A DNA stretch of 64,000 nucleotides from Tubiluchus corallicola (taxonomy: Eukaryota > Animalia > Priapulida): contig JAQGDQ010000073.1 in NCBI GenBank assembly GCA_030141605.1, positions 124,001-188,000 of the forward strand. The letters run 5' to 3'. The position numbers and the translations under genes were made by a program. Every line of letters begins with the position of its first letter. Position 1 is the first letter of the stretch. The notes under the pieces were generated by a model that was given only the letters and a program-made list of their open reading frames with translations, ran no database searches and was not told where the DNA came from. Below are positions 25,933 through 38,200 of this stretch, piece after piece.

Positions 25933-28317
25933 CAAATATGGTTCGATGCTTTACTGTAGCTGTAAATCCCTTGTATATTAAGCGACTTTTCCTCTCTTAT
26001 CTAAGTTTATGTACATTGTGTATAACTGTGTCATTTTAATGTCAGAGGTGTTTCAAATTTGTGTGAGTTTAAGTAGCCTCGAGAATTTCTTTATGTAAAA
26101 ACAAAAAACGTAAAATTTTAAATAAACCCGTTTCTTTAATAGTTACTTTTAGAGTAATATAAATCATGTTTAATCTTCATTCTTTTAAATGTTGTATGCA
26201 GGTTCACTTTCAAGAAGGAAATTTAGTTTGTAATAGTTAAGCCAGTTTAAAGATGAGTAGGTAGGATGTTCAAATTTTAGGTTGAGTGTTTCAGAATTCC
26301 TGTTATTGTATTTGCCTATAATTACAAATTGAATTCGCCTGATTCTTCAAACTTTTTTTCTTAAAAAACTATTCCTTAAGATGTATCATAATGTGCATAT
26401 TTTTGAAATTGCACATTCCAGTTGTATCTTGGTTTCTCATGCCCCAACAGATATGTATCTTATTTTACGAAAGTTGATTTTTAATTTAATTTGTGTAAAC
26501 ATTTTTGGGGCTAACATGTTGCAGAAAATTGAACGTTTTTGTTTGGCAATTTTAGGTTCCTAATTTAGCACTTGAGCTGTGGAATAGGCCTAAGTAATAG
26601 GCAAAACAAAGCAATGAGAGCAAGTATATGAAGTTCTCCTCAGTCTAACTTGATCATTTTAGTCAGGCTGTTATATAGCGTTGTGCTTTTCTGTATGTCT
26701 GTGTATTAACAAGTTAAAAACAGCATTTATAATAAAATTTTAAAATACAGGCTGGAGTGCATTATTTTTTTATCATTGCAAATTGAAAAATTACCTGCGA
26801 GATTGCAAATGTCTGTTACAGCCTTGAGTTTTGATAATAAGTAGCTCATGTAATGACATAGGAAATGTGTAATTTTATAACAGCTAATGATATATTTTGA
26901 GATCAAACTATTGTGTGAGTGACTAAATTAAATGTTCATTTGAATGGCCGACTGGTGACCATAAAAACGAGGTAATAAAAACCCTAGTATTAGTCAAACT
27001 CTATTTTTGAAAACGTTATTGCTTAGTAAAAAGACTTTCTGTTCAGGATAAATACAATTTTAATACTACTTGATAAAATAAAAATGAGTCGCTGAAACTT
27101 CCCTGACTTAGTTTTGAATCTGACGTAAGCATAGCATTTGAGGCAGCAGTTAAATTAGTTACTGCTAGACAAAATGTGGTGCAATTTATATAATTATGTT
27201 AAGATACATATATAATTATATAAAAAATATGGTGTTTTTACTGGACTGTAGATGAAGTGAAGTTGTTGCGATAATAGCAGATTAATTTGTTGTTTGTTGC
27301 ACTTGAGAAACAATGGCACAGAAAGACGAGAATCAGACTTGCTTTGTTTCTTGACAATCTAATACATTACACTACGAGTAACATATTGTGACGTTACAAA
27401 AAAATGACAAAGTGAATTAGCAAAGCGACAAGCTGGTTTCGGTAGTTATGGTTACGTCATGGTGTCTTGGTTGTGCGTGGCAGTCAAACGTGCACGGCGG
27501 AGTGAAGGCGCGAAATATTGTGAAAGATGATAGGGATCGGGGTAAAAAAGTCAGTTAAGTTCCTGCATTGTGCTGTTAGGGGATAGTAGCGTCTGATTCT
27601 GTGTAAATTTCTTTGAATTGTTTCCTTTCCAGATTGCTTCTTCATTTTATCTTAATCTGCTGAATCGTCTTGCCGTAGTTTCTTTCATTGGTAACCTGTA
27701 TCCGATAATATGAATTATTGTTAGGAAAAGCCGGCAGAGTAAGTATGCTATACAGTTAAGATTTTACTGAAGCTTCAAAAGCAGCTATAGACTCGTTTAG
27801 AAACGTACTTACAAATAGTAAGCATTAAATAACAAATGCGAAACTCTGTCTGAGTGATCACGAACTGCAAACTGAACAAGGCAGGTATACAAACCAATCA
27901 GAAAATGAAAGCTTGTGTGTACTCTGTACGAGTAATGAAGGCAGCAAAAAAAACAGAATTGAAGATGAATTACATTAAAAGTCGTGTGTAGTTGTCAAAC
28001 CTACAAAGTAATATCACAGTAAGAGAGAAATACCGACTTTAACTTCACCTTTCTAAGAATCACCTTTTTTTACTGTTGTCATTCAATTCTGAGAACAAAA
28101 TTGACCTAAATGTGTTTAGAAAATTTATTACGGAGGTTATACGCGAAAGTTCAACTCAAATCCAGTTAGCTGTACCAAAGAAATAATACAAGAATGGTAG
28201 CTATACGAAGATAAAGCCATAATTAGAATTAACTTGATGAATAATGTCATTGTGAACATTTCCATTTACAGTCAACGTTTTGATTGTGAGTGCCACCTGG
28301 TGTTGAATGTCAGCCAA

Positions 28318-29050
28318 CTGTGCACATTGACAGTTTTACTTATTGACTGTGCACACAGAGAAATTTGCTTATTGACTGTGCACACTGAGAGATTTGCTTA
28401 TTTACTGTGCACGCTGAAAGATTTACTGAGAGATTTACTTACTGACTGTGCACACTGAAAGTTTTACTTATTGACTTTGCACATTGAGATATTTACTTAT
28501 TGACTGTGCACACTGAGAGTTTTACTTGTTAACTGTGCACACTGAGAGATTTGCTTATTGACTGTGCACACTGAGAGATTTACTTATTAAATAAAGACAT
28601 TGAGAGATTTACTTGCTGATTGTGTACACTGAACGATTTACTTATTGACTGTGCACACTGAGAGATTTGCGTATTGACTATACACACAGAGTTTTACTTA
28701 TTGACTTTGCACTTTGAGAGATTTACTCATTGACTGTGCACATTAAAAGATTTACTTATTGACTGTGCATATTGAGAGATTTACTTATTGACTATGCACA
28801 TTGAGAGATTTACTTATTGATTGTACGCATTGAGAGATTTACTTATTGACTGTGCATATTGAGAGATTTACTTATTGACTGTGCACATTGAGAGATTTAC
28901 TTATTGATTGTACACATTGAGAGATTTACTTATTGATTGTGCACATTGAGAGATTTACTTACTGAATGTGCACATTGAGATATTTACTTACTGATTGTGC
29001 ACATTGAGAGATTTACTTACTGAATGTGCACATTGAGAGATTTTCTTATT
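28318..29050. repeat. 29-bp minisatellite, about 25 copies
   Basis: Consensus ATTGACTGTGCACATTGAGAGATTTACTT; period of 29 verified at 28801/28830. Confidence 0.97.
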
Positions 29051-29259
29051 GGCTGAATATTCGTTAACATGCACAAAAACTGAGTTACCAAGTGCTCCAT
29101 GAGAAATTAATTTCTGTTGAAAAAATGAATTTTATGGGATTATCTTAAAAGAAAAATATTCAGTGTGTGGTTATATTAAAAATCAATTGTCAGAGTGCCT
29201 ATTTGCTTTTCAGTTTTGAATTTTGTCACATAATTGACAATTATTTTATTTTCCAGATC

Positions 29260-32200
29260 ATGGGTGTTACTAGAGAAATCTTTCAAACATGTTTTATTTT
29301 TTGCATTGTCATCCTTGTGTCACTTGCTGGAAAATCAATTGCAGATGATCAATCAAAATTAAGAGAATGTAAACAAGTAAGTGTTTTATCTAAACGTGTG
29401 AATATTGCTGTTGCATAACATTGGATTATAATCTTGTGTGTTTAAAGAATGAGATTTCTTGTGAAGATCTAAATGTAGTGGCTGGCACAGTGCCAATTTT
29501 AGTTTTGAATTAAATTTCAGTAATTTCCAGTGTTCCTTAATAAATTGCTATACGTGAGTTATTTATTAATTGGCTAGGCTTTACGATTACGATGTGCCTG
29601 CCATGAGGAATGCCACTAAAAATAACAAAACAATTATAAAACATATAATGTCATTACCAAGAAATTCTGAAGGGGCGTAAAGTTTCAGCTTACTTTCCAT
29701 GTTATTAGTGTAAAACTCATCCCTCCTAAGTTTTTTTAATAGATCTGTTACTTGGTGACTGAGTTATTTAAATAATGACATCCAGACTGTAGTGATCCAA
29801 AATGATTTAGTTCTTGGTTAGATTAGTTATTTTCAAGAGATTGTATCAATTATAGGAACTAGTACTACCTTTGTTAAGTGGAAATGGTAAGTTACATCTA
29901 TAAAGTTTTTACTATTAGTAATAGTTCAACTGTACTGGTTGTTTTGTTCTTGAGGAATAAGTTAAATAATTGTAAAAATCTGTCTGCTGATTTGTTCATG
30001 CGATACGATTATTGGAGTGAGAGATACTCCTGTTGTTCTTCATGCAGGCATGTTTTCATTTTGATCTGCTTACATTTTGTAATGATTTTTTGTCATTATA
30101 GGAGGATTTCCATTATGAGTTTACAGAATGTGATCGGGCAGGTGGACGTTGGCGTGTCCAAGTACCAAATCCAAATGTATGTCAGGGCGGCGTGCCAAAG
30201 CCACCCGTCAGAGGAAAAGATTGCAGTAAGACCTGACATACATTGAATATATTATTTATTTACAGTAGATTAATTGTGTAGAAACAAACTTGGGTTGTTG
30301 TGAAAAGTGTTTTGCATTTTCCTCTATTGCCACTTCACATCAAAGGAGATGACTTTGCTCTTATTATAGTGGAATTATGATTTTCAGTTATACTCAAAAT
30401 ACCTAAAGCATTTTCTTGAAATTAATTAATTGTTGCATCACAAACATTTTTAATTGCAACCATTTTGATCTTTTTAAAATTTCTGCTCAACTTTGTATGA
30501 AGCTCATCTTGTATTTGTACAAAGTGTATGGATCACAATTAGATTTGTGATTTGTCGATATTTCAGAAATACCACTAATGTGTAATTTATGTGTCTATTA
30601 TGTTTAATTAGTATAATTTATAAAGTAAGTAACATCTATATTTGTGGTATCAATATTGAAAATCATAATAGAATATTAAGATATTCAGCCAATAAAAGTT
30701 TAAAAAACATACATATTTGGGGACAAGTTAAAAACTAAACTGCGGGTGCATGAAAGACGTATTTAGAAAACATATTTAGAAAAGGTCGATGATAAAGTAG
30801 ACTCAACACAGTTGGCATTCTGTTATACACCGACAGTGACTCAAAATGAATGGAAAGAACCCAAGAGCCAGAACCGACATGCTGTGACAAGACATGCGTT
30901 TCATGCGTTCTGCCATAAAATCTGCTGCAATCGGTGTTTTGATCCAAAACAAACTTGTATATGTAAGCTTTGTAACTCAAAAGCTGGTAGATACCATCGC
31001 TTGACATGTACAACAAATACTATTTCCCTATACCAGTGGGCATGCAGCTAATTAATTTAAGGTCTGTTGTTCTTGCCAGTTAGAGTTAAACATTCTTTTT
31101 TAATGTTTAATCGTTAAACTATATTAGACTAACTTATGTAGTTTTATAATGTGTGTGTTTTAAATTACCAAACATGGTGCAATAAAATAAAATACTAAAA
31201 TTAAAATAAAACGTGAAAAAATAGAAAATAACTTTAAATTTGAAACTTTATATGTTTAATACAGAATAGCTAACAGCAAGGTTGAATAATTTAATATAGC
31301 CTGGGGTAAATGAATTTTGCATTACCGTGTAAGTTGTCATATTGGTGAGTTGCCCGTTTAAATCTTGGATATTTAATGTTGAATATTCAGTTTTGATCAC
31401 TAAGATTTTACTTTACTTACTTTCCTCCTTTTTATACAAATTTGTTGCATTTACTGTTGACAGACACCTTTCTAACCCAGTAAACCCCTTTTTTCATTTT
31501 ACTGAGTTCTGTTATAAGAAAGCCGTTTATGATTTTTTAGGTTACTCGTGTAGAAAAGGACAATACCTCGATGTGCAAGGTGACCAAGACTGTCACAACT
31601 GTCCAAAGGGAACCTATTCCCTCGGAGGTGGTGTTCGCTTTGTGGAGTGGAACAAGTTGCCTGAAGGGTTTCGCACGTTGACGGATAGATATGGAGATAT
31701 TGCAGACATTGAATACGAGTACTTTGATTCTTCGACTGCATTACCAGGTGGTGACAATTGCACAAAGTGAGTCGACATAATCTTTTCGGAAACTTTGAAA
31801 CAATTTTCTGTCAACAAAAGCGTGGGCAGAACCGTTGCTGCTTTAGCATTCAGTTAGATAGTTATGTCTTTGCTTATAAACTGTATTTATTGTTGTAGTT
31901 AGATGTTTTTTTCACCTGTTATTATTTGATGTTTGTAGAATTAAGTTAAATTTTAGCATTTTTTGCTGAGTTTTTTAGGTTTTTAATCATCGAAGTGCCT
32001 AGTATTGCGTGATATATTTGCTTTCCTAACTGAATTACAGTGCTAGTTTTTTATCATCATTGTTTATTGTCTGGAATGGATATTAAGTCATTACTGTAGC
32101 CTTTGTTTTGGTTTGTCTTAAACCGATTATGAAGCTCACTAAATCAAATTGCAGGTCAGTTTGGACGCCTAAAGGCGATGTTATATCATCTGCAGCAGAT

Positions 32201-35200
32201 CTATGCCCGCAGAGTTTAGTTTATACAGCTCATTTGGTTAAGCCTGGTACCGTTTCTTATACTTACCAGTTCACCGACGTTGGTGTTCTGTTCAACTTTC
32301 ATGTAAGTAAGCAGTTTAAATTTGCTTGTTTTTTGTGTGTTCTTTAAATCTTTTTAGTTAAAGTGTTTGAAGTATAAATTAAAATTATCTTTATAATGAG
32401 GAAATGACCGACTGAGTTTCCTTTTCCAGATTCAGAATGATGAATGCGAAATATATGCAGATACAGCAGCTAAATGGCCACGTCACACAGCTGAAGGTGA
32501 ATGGAAAACTGTAACGGCAAGTGCAATTAGCCTAATAAAGACCTTAATGTTTTGCATTATTATATTTCTCCTCATTTTAGTGATTACAGCTTGCTAATCG
32601 GCTGTGCTATCTAGTACTATTATTGGTTGAACTTTAAAATTTTCTAAATAAAGAGTAATACTCTACAGCTACCCTAACATTTGTCTTCTCCACTTGTTTT
32701 GTAAATTTGTGTATTTTGCCGGCCATGTATCATTGGTATCAAACATACAGTTACTGTAAACAAAGTATCTACCTCATGTTGCACTAGTTGATCTGTTTTC
32801 TGTGTGACCAATTATCATACAAATATAGTGCAAACTAAGTGCACCTTGCACCTCTTTTATGTTTGCAGGTAAAATTAGATGCAGGGAAAAATGTGCTTTA
32901 CTGGCGAACAATTGGCATAAATTTTGACAGTCAGCGAGCCCTTCAACCTGTGTTAATTTCACGCATTGAGATTACTGGTAAGTGGGTAGTTGATCTTGGA
33001 TCTACGAAGTTTCCTTTGCAAAATGTGCAGTTTGAGGATCAAACAAGCTTTTGCACATTTCAATAATTGCGAATGGTTTTATTTTCATTTGGTTGCACAG
33101 TTGTGGACAAATTATTTTGAATATATTGTCACCGCTTCAGGATAAGCAGTAGACGCAACGTATTCTCGACTCTCTTCTTACAATTAAGATTTTTGTCTAA
33201 AATTTCAGGTGTGGCTTATACTTCTGGCTGTACACCGTGTGAAAAGGGAACATATGCAGCCAATGAGGGCTCCTCCAATTGTGTGCAATGTCCCAAAAAC
33301 ACCTTTTCTGATCGTGGCTCTTCCCAGTGTGTCCAGTGTAATGCTACTCAATATGCTGGTGAGTGGATTTGTTAAAGTATAATTTGTGTGCAACATTTAC
33401 AATGCTAAATATACTCATACCTATGATCAAGCTTGCTTTAGTTTTTTGTTGTTACTGTAGACATTTGAATCATCGACACAGACTTTTTAGTCAGTTATAT
33501 GTGTATCTTGTAGTATTAGTAATGATTAAAAAAATACAATTTTTTTTTGTTTCATATAACCTTAACTTCAAGATTACCAGTCATTTATGCTATTAACTTG
33601 CATTTGTCCATTTTTTCCAAATTTGACCAAAGGGATTTAAACTAGGAACCTTTGGATTAAGAGTACATTGGTATCACGAACATTTCTTTTTATGTAAAAA
33701 CCATTACATATCTAAAATTTGGTGTTTTACACGTAATTTTCAGAAAGTTTTATTATAGATCACTTACCATGTTTTGCAATTGCTGCAAAGTGCAGTTTTA
33801 ACAGCTAACGATGTACTATTCACATGTAGCATCTTGTGCATAGGTAATGTCTTTCTAATGTCATTCTCGGAGTAAAACTTTATTACAACACTTTATGGTT
33901 AGACAATTGACATATTTAAATTTGACCATTTGACAGCTGGATGATTTTTTTGGGTGTTTTTTTAACAATAAAAATTTTCTTTGCTAAAAAACCTCAGGAT
34001 TCTTTAATGAGTTCTTTTTCTTATTATTCAGAAATTCGCAGGTTTAAAGTACCGTATTTTCCCGTGTATAAGAGACCCTTTTTTGCTCAGAATTTTCACT
34101 TTAAAAATAGGGGGTCTCTTATACATGGGAGTAAGTCTTTTCAATAAGATGCATAAATTGTGACACTAATGATTTTAAAGAAATAAGTGCTCTACAACTG
34201 TTTTGCGTGTCGCGTTCGACTATGAAGCGGTTGTAAGCAATACAAGCATCGTGACACAGGCATCAGAATTTTTGCCTAAAAATTGAAGGGGTCTCTTATA
34301 CACAAGGGTCTCTTATACACGGGAAAATACGGTAGTTTTTTAATACTGATTTGCTTTTATTTCTTTGTTTAGCTGCTGGTTCATCAAAATGCAATGAGAA
34401 GCAGCCCTGTAAGAAGAGTGATTACTACCAAATTCGCAGTCCATGTGACAAAAACAAAATGGTATATTGCTTTACAGTAGTTTACTTATTTTTCTTCGCA
34501 AAAAGCACTATTATAATTATTAGTATTTCATTTTTTGTAAAATGACTACTTCTATTTTCTCATTTCTTTATCCTGCAGCAGTGTGGAAAAATTTTGATTG
34601 ATGGTTGGGATTTTTTTGTTTCTTATTTTTATAGACCACAGTAATGTATCAGTGGGTGCAGCCACATATCTGCAACAACGCTTTGAAAGAGTCAGTCAAG
34701 TTGCCAAAGCCTGAAAAAAGACAAAAGTGTCCACCTTGCAACCCCGGAATGCAGTTTTCCAACTCCTCCATTTGCGTGTTTTGTCCAGCTAACCAGTTCT
34801 CTGATGGCAAATCCGGTGAGCAGATACTTTTCATTCTTTCCTTGCATCTGTTTTTATGTGCAGTGCATCAGTGATGCAAATGGTATAAGGTTAAATAACT
34901 GTTCTCCAGATGTCGAACAATTTCCTAGGAGTATAATAAATGTATAGTGAGTCAATTTATACATGTGCTTACAATATTATAAAAAAACAACTTTTATTAA
35001 ACTTCAAGTTACAAAATATTAAAAAACATGGCTCCAAACTTTTTGACTGCAGCCTGTAGTAATCTTCAGAAATAGACTACACAAACAAAGAACTAGTTTT
35101 AAGGACAGAGCCTACAGTACACAGACATTATTCACTAACAATGTATTTACAAGCAAGCCAAAAAGTAACTTTAAACGCTTTCATGAATATGTGAACATGT

Positions 35201-38200
35201 GGGCATTTCGTCTAGAACTGGCAAGAAATTAAAGTCTTCCTCACTCTATCGTTCATGAGCATATTTGTGCTTATGGCCATCAAGCTGATTTTGATAATTT
35301 CAGCATTGTGGCCAAAGCTACAAATACCTGGCAACTATTAATAAGAGCAAGTTTATCTATGTACCCTAACAACCCTTCTCTTAATGTGCAAAGTAGTTCA
35401 ATTCCCTTAACTTTGTTTATAAACACTTAGCTATACTTTACTGTATCTCTTTCTTCTCTACAGGTCTTTTATTCATTACATTTTGGCTTCCCAGTAAATA
35501 CTGAATTAGTGAATAATTTCTGTACTATAAGCTCTGCCTATAAAGCTAGTTGTTTGTTTGTGTAATCTATCACTGAAGGTTACTGCAGGCTGCAGTCGAA
35601 ATGTTTGGAGACATGAACATCTATTAACTGTTTGGGTTTTAATAAAAGTTGTTTTCTTCTTATAATGTATAATGATTTTCTGAAATGAGAAAAATGTTTA
35701 TTTTTTTAAAATTAGTGGTGCTGGAGATTTTTGACATCACGCTGTTTAAATCTTTAGTAAAACTACCCACTACAGCACCTGCTGCACTGTACATTAATGA
35801 ACTATTTGTGCAAAAAGCTGTATTGCACTATAATTTTAGGTGATTTTGAAGCAACCAGACATTACATATGCGATTTGTTTTTCTTGCTTATGTGTTTATT
35901 CTTTTTCCGAAGGGCAAGAGTGACTGTCCAAATTTGTTTATTTGGTTGTTTATTTATTTATTCTTTACTCGTTCATTTCAGCTTGCCAAGAGTGCCCACC
36001 ATCCACAGCACCTGATTACGGCATCACTTATCAATGGTGGCACAGTCTACCTCCACTTATGAAAGCCGATTGTTTTACTATTGACCGTACGTTTGTATAA
36101 TTTTGCTTATCTTGTTTTGTAGCCATTTGCAACTATAGCCCTGCATCTAGATTCCTAAAGAGTAAGAATAGCTGCATTGTGTAAAGAATATAGCCGCTCT
36201 TTTTTATACTTGTAGCAAAAATAGCTTTAAAATTCAATACAAATTGTGTGTTAATATCAGATCTCTTTAGCGCGTGCCTATGTGAATAAAAATATTCATT
36301 GTTTACAGTTGAAGTTTAGTATGCTTTTTTGCATCATCTGTGCATCAACAAGATATTTAATAGTTTCAGCCACTATCTTCATTATTATTACTGAATTCAG
36401 TTATGATTAGTTTTTCGATGTTAGTATTGGATAACATTATCGACTCCATCATTTTAGCACAAAGAGTGTTTAATTCCCACGTTTTTTTGCATTAGTTACT
36501 AAAGCATACTAAATTTTTTTATCGCTCAGTTTTTTATTGCTGATATACTCTAGTTAATGCCGGCTTTTGTTATGATTAATTTTTTTGTGTTGATACATTG
36601 ACACTCGTCCTTTAATGCAAGATTTTCAGAAAGTTTCATAAAGTTTTTTCAAGGTATGGAACAAACTGCAAGCAACGAAATTGCTATATTTACAAAGCAG
36701 TTACTGCTGCCTTTTTCTAGGCTTCCTTAGAAAATGCAGGGATGAGAATTTTCTGCGGATGCGGAATTCTGAGTTTTTGGAAGATCAGTAGTGCTATTTT
36801 TGTAAATTGCGTAAATTTGTTGAGAACATTTTTTGGGGTTGAACCTCGTTTTCGTCGAAATCGTAAACGAAACTTTCAGTAGCATTGTTTTGAGGTATTT
36901 ATCCAGCTTACCTTTTATCTCCTAGATGTTAGAAATCGCTGGAAATCGCTGGCTAAAATAGTTCAAATAAAGCATAAATATCGTTTATTTGATAATCTGT
37001 ACGATTTGTAGCATGCCTTTTATGGCAATGCGGCATATCTTCATTGCTGACAAATGTGAGGCTTTGAGGCCTCCAGATACAAACAACCAAAATACCAAAG
37101 CATAATTTGAATAAAACCAAGTTGAATTTTATAATTCATGAAATATAGGCAGCAGAATATATACAAAATAAAATCTGTTAATTTTTTGAAGCTTCACAAT
37201 CATATGTATCATGTATCCTTCATAGTTGGGTATTTTAAATTATGCATGAAACAAGGTAATTGATATTTTAAGTCCACTTAGAGGCTCTCTATGGTCACAA
37301 TTTGTTGCTGGCTCCAAAGGGACTTTGCCCCTCAACCCCATTGGGGACCTAGTCGGCCTCCAAACCCCCGGCCTGTTTCAGAGTTTTTTGCAATTTGTCA
37401 TTCTTATCTCTGAAAATGGCTTCACCAAGATTAAAGTACTTTGCCATTACCCTAGTATGTAGTATACTAATAATAATAATACTACGTACTTCACTTTTTT
37501 TGTAGTCTGTGCTAAATATGGTGACAGAACGCTTGGCATCAATTTGCAGTTGATGCAATGCACTTAATATTACTAGAATTTCCCATAAGATGCAAGCTGT
37601 ATGGCGTTATATCAGCTTGCTTAGCATTACTTTTCAATTCTGGGATATAAAAAAGCTTATAGAAATGTCTTCTTTGCTTGTTTAACTTGATTTTTTTTAT
37701 GTAGAATTTGTTAGAAAATAGGCGTAACTGACATGCTCTTGGTTATGGTATATTCCAAAATATATAGATATAGGAAGAATACTTATCTGTGCTTACAAAA
37801 TAGATTTCAAGAGACACCTCTCGTAGTGTTGCAACAATTGTTTTAGGGTTGAGATTGCACAGCTGTCGTTGTCATGATTATGACTTTTCCTGATTATTTA
37901 TGTAAAACATTTTTATTATTAATTCATTAATTTGTGTTTTTATGAACTTGATGTTCAGTTATAAGATCATGTTTCTCATTGGTGGAACAGGTACTGGATG
38001 TAATACAAAGACTGGATGGCAGCTTGCGGGAGATCAAATTAACAGTGGTGTCGGACATGCTGATGATGCATACCTAGTTTTAGAACTCAAGCTCTCTGGT
38101 TTTAGATCCACCGAAATGAAAGGCAAGACTACAGAAATCTCCAGAATAACATTCAGGTTTCGTCTGCAATGTACTGCTGACTGTGTCTTCTATTTCATTA

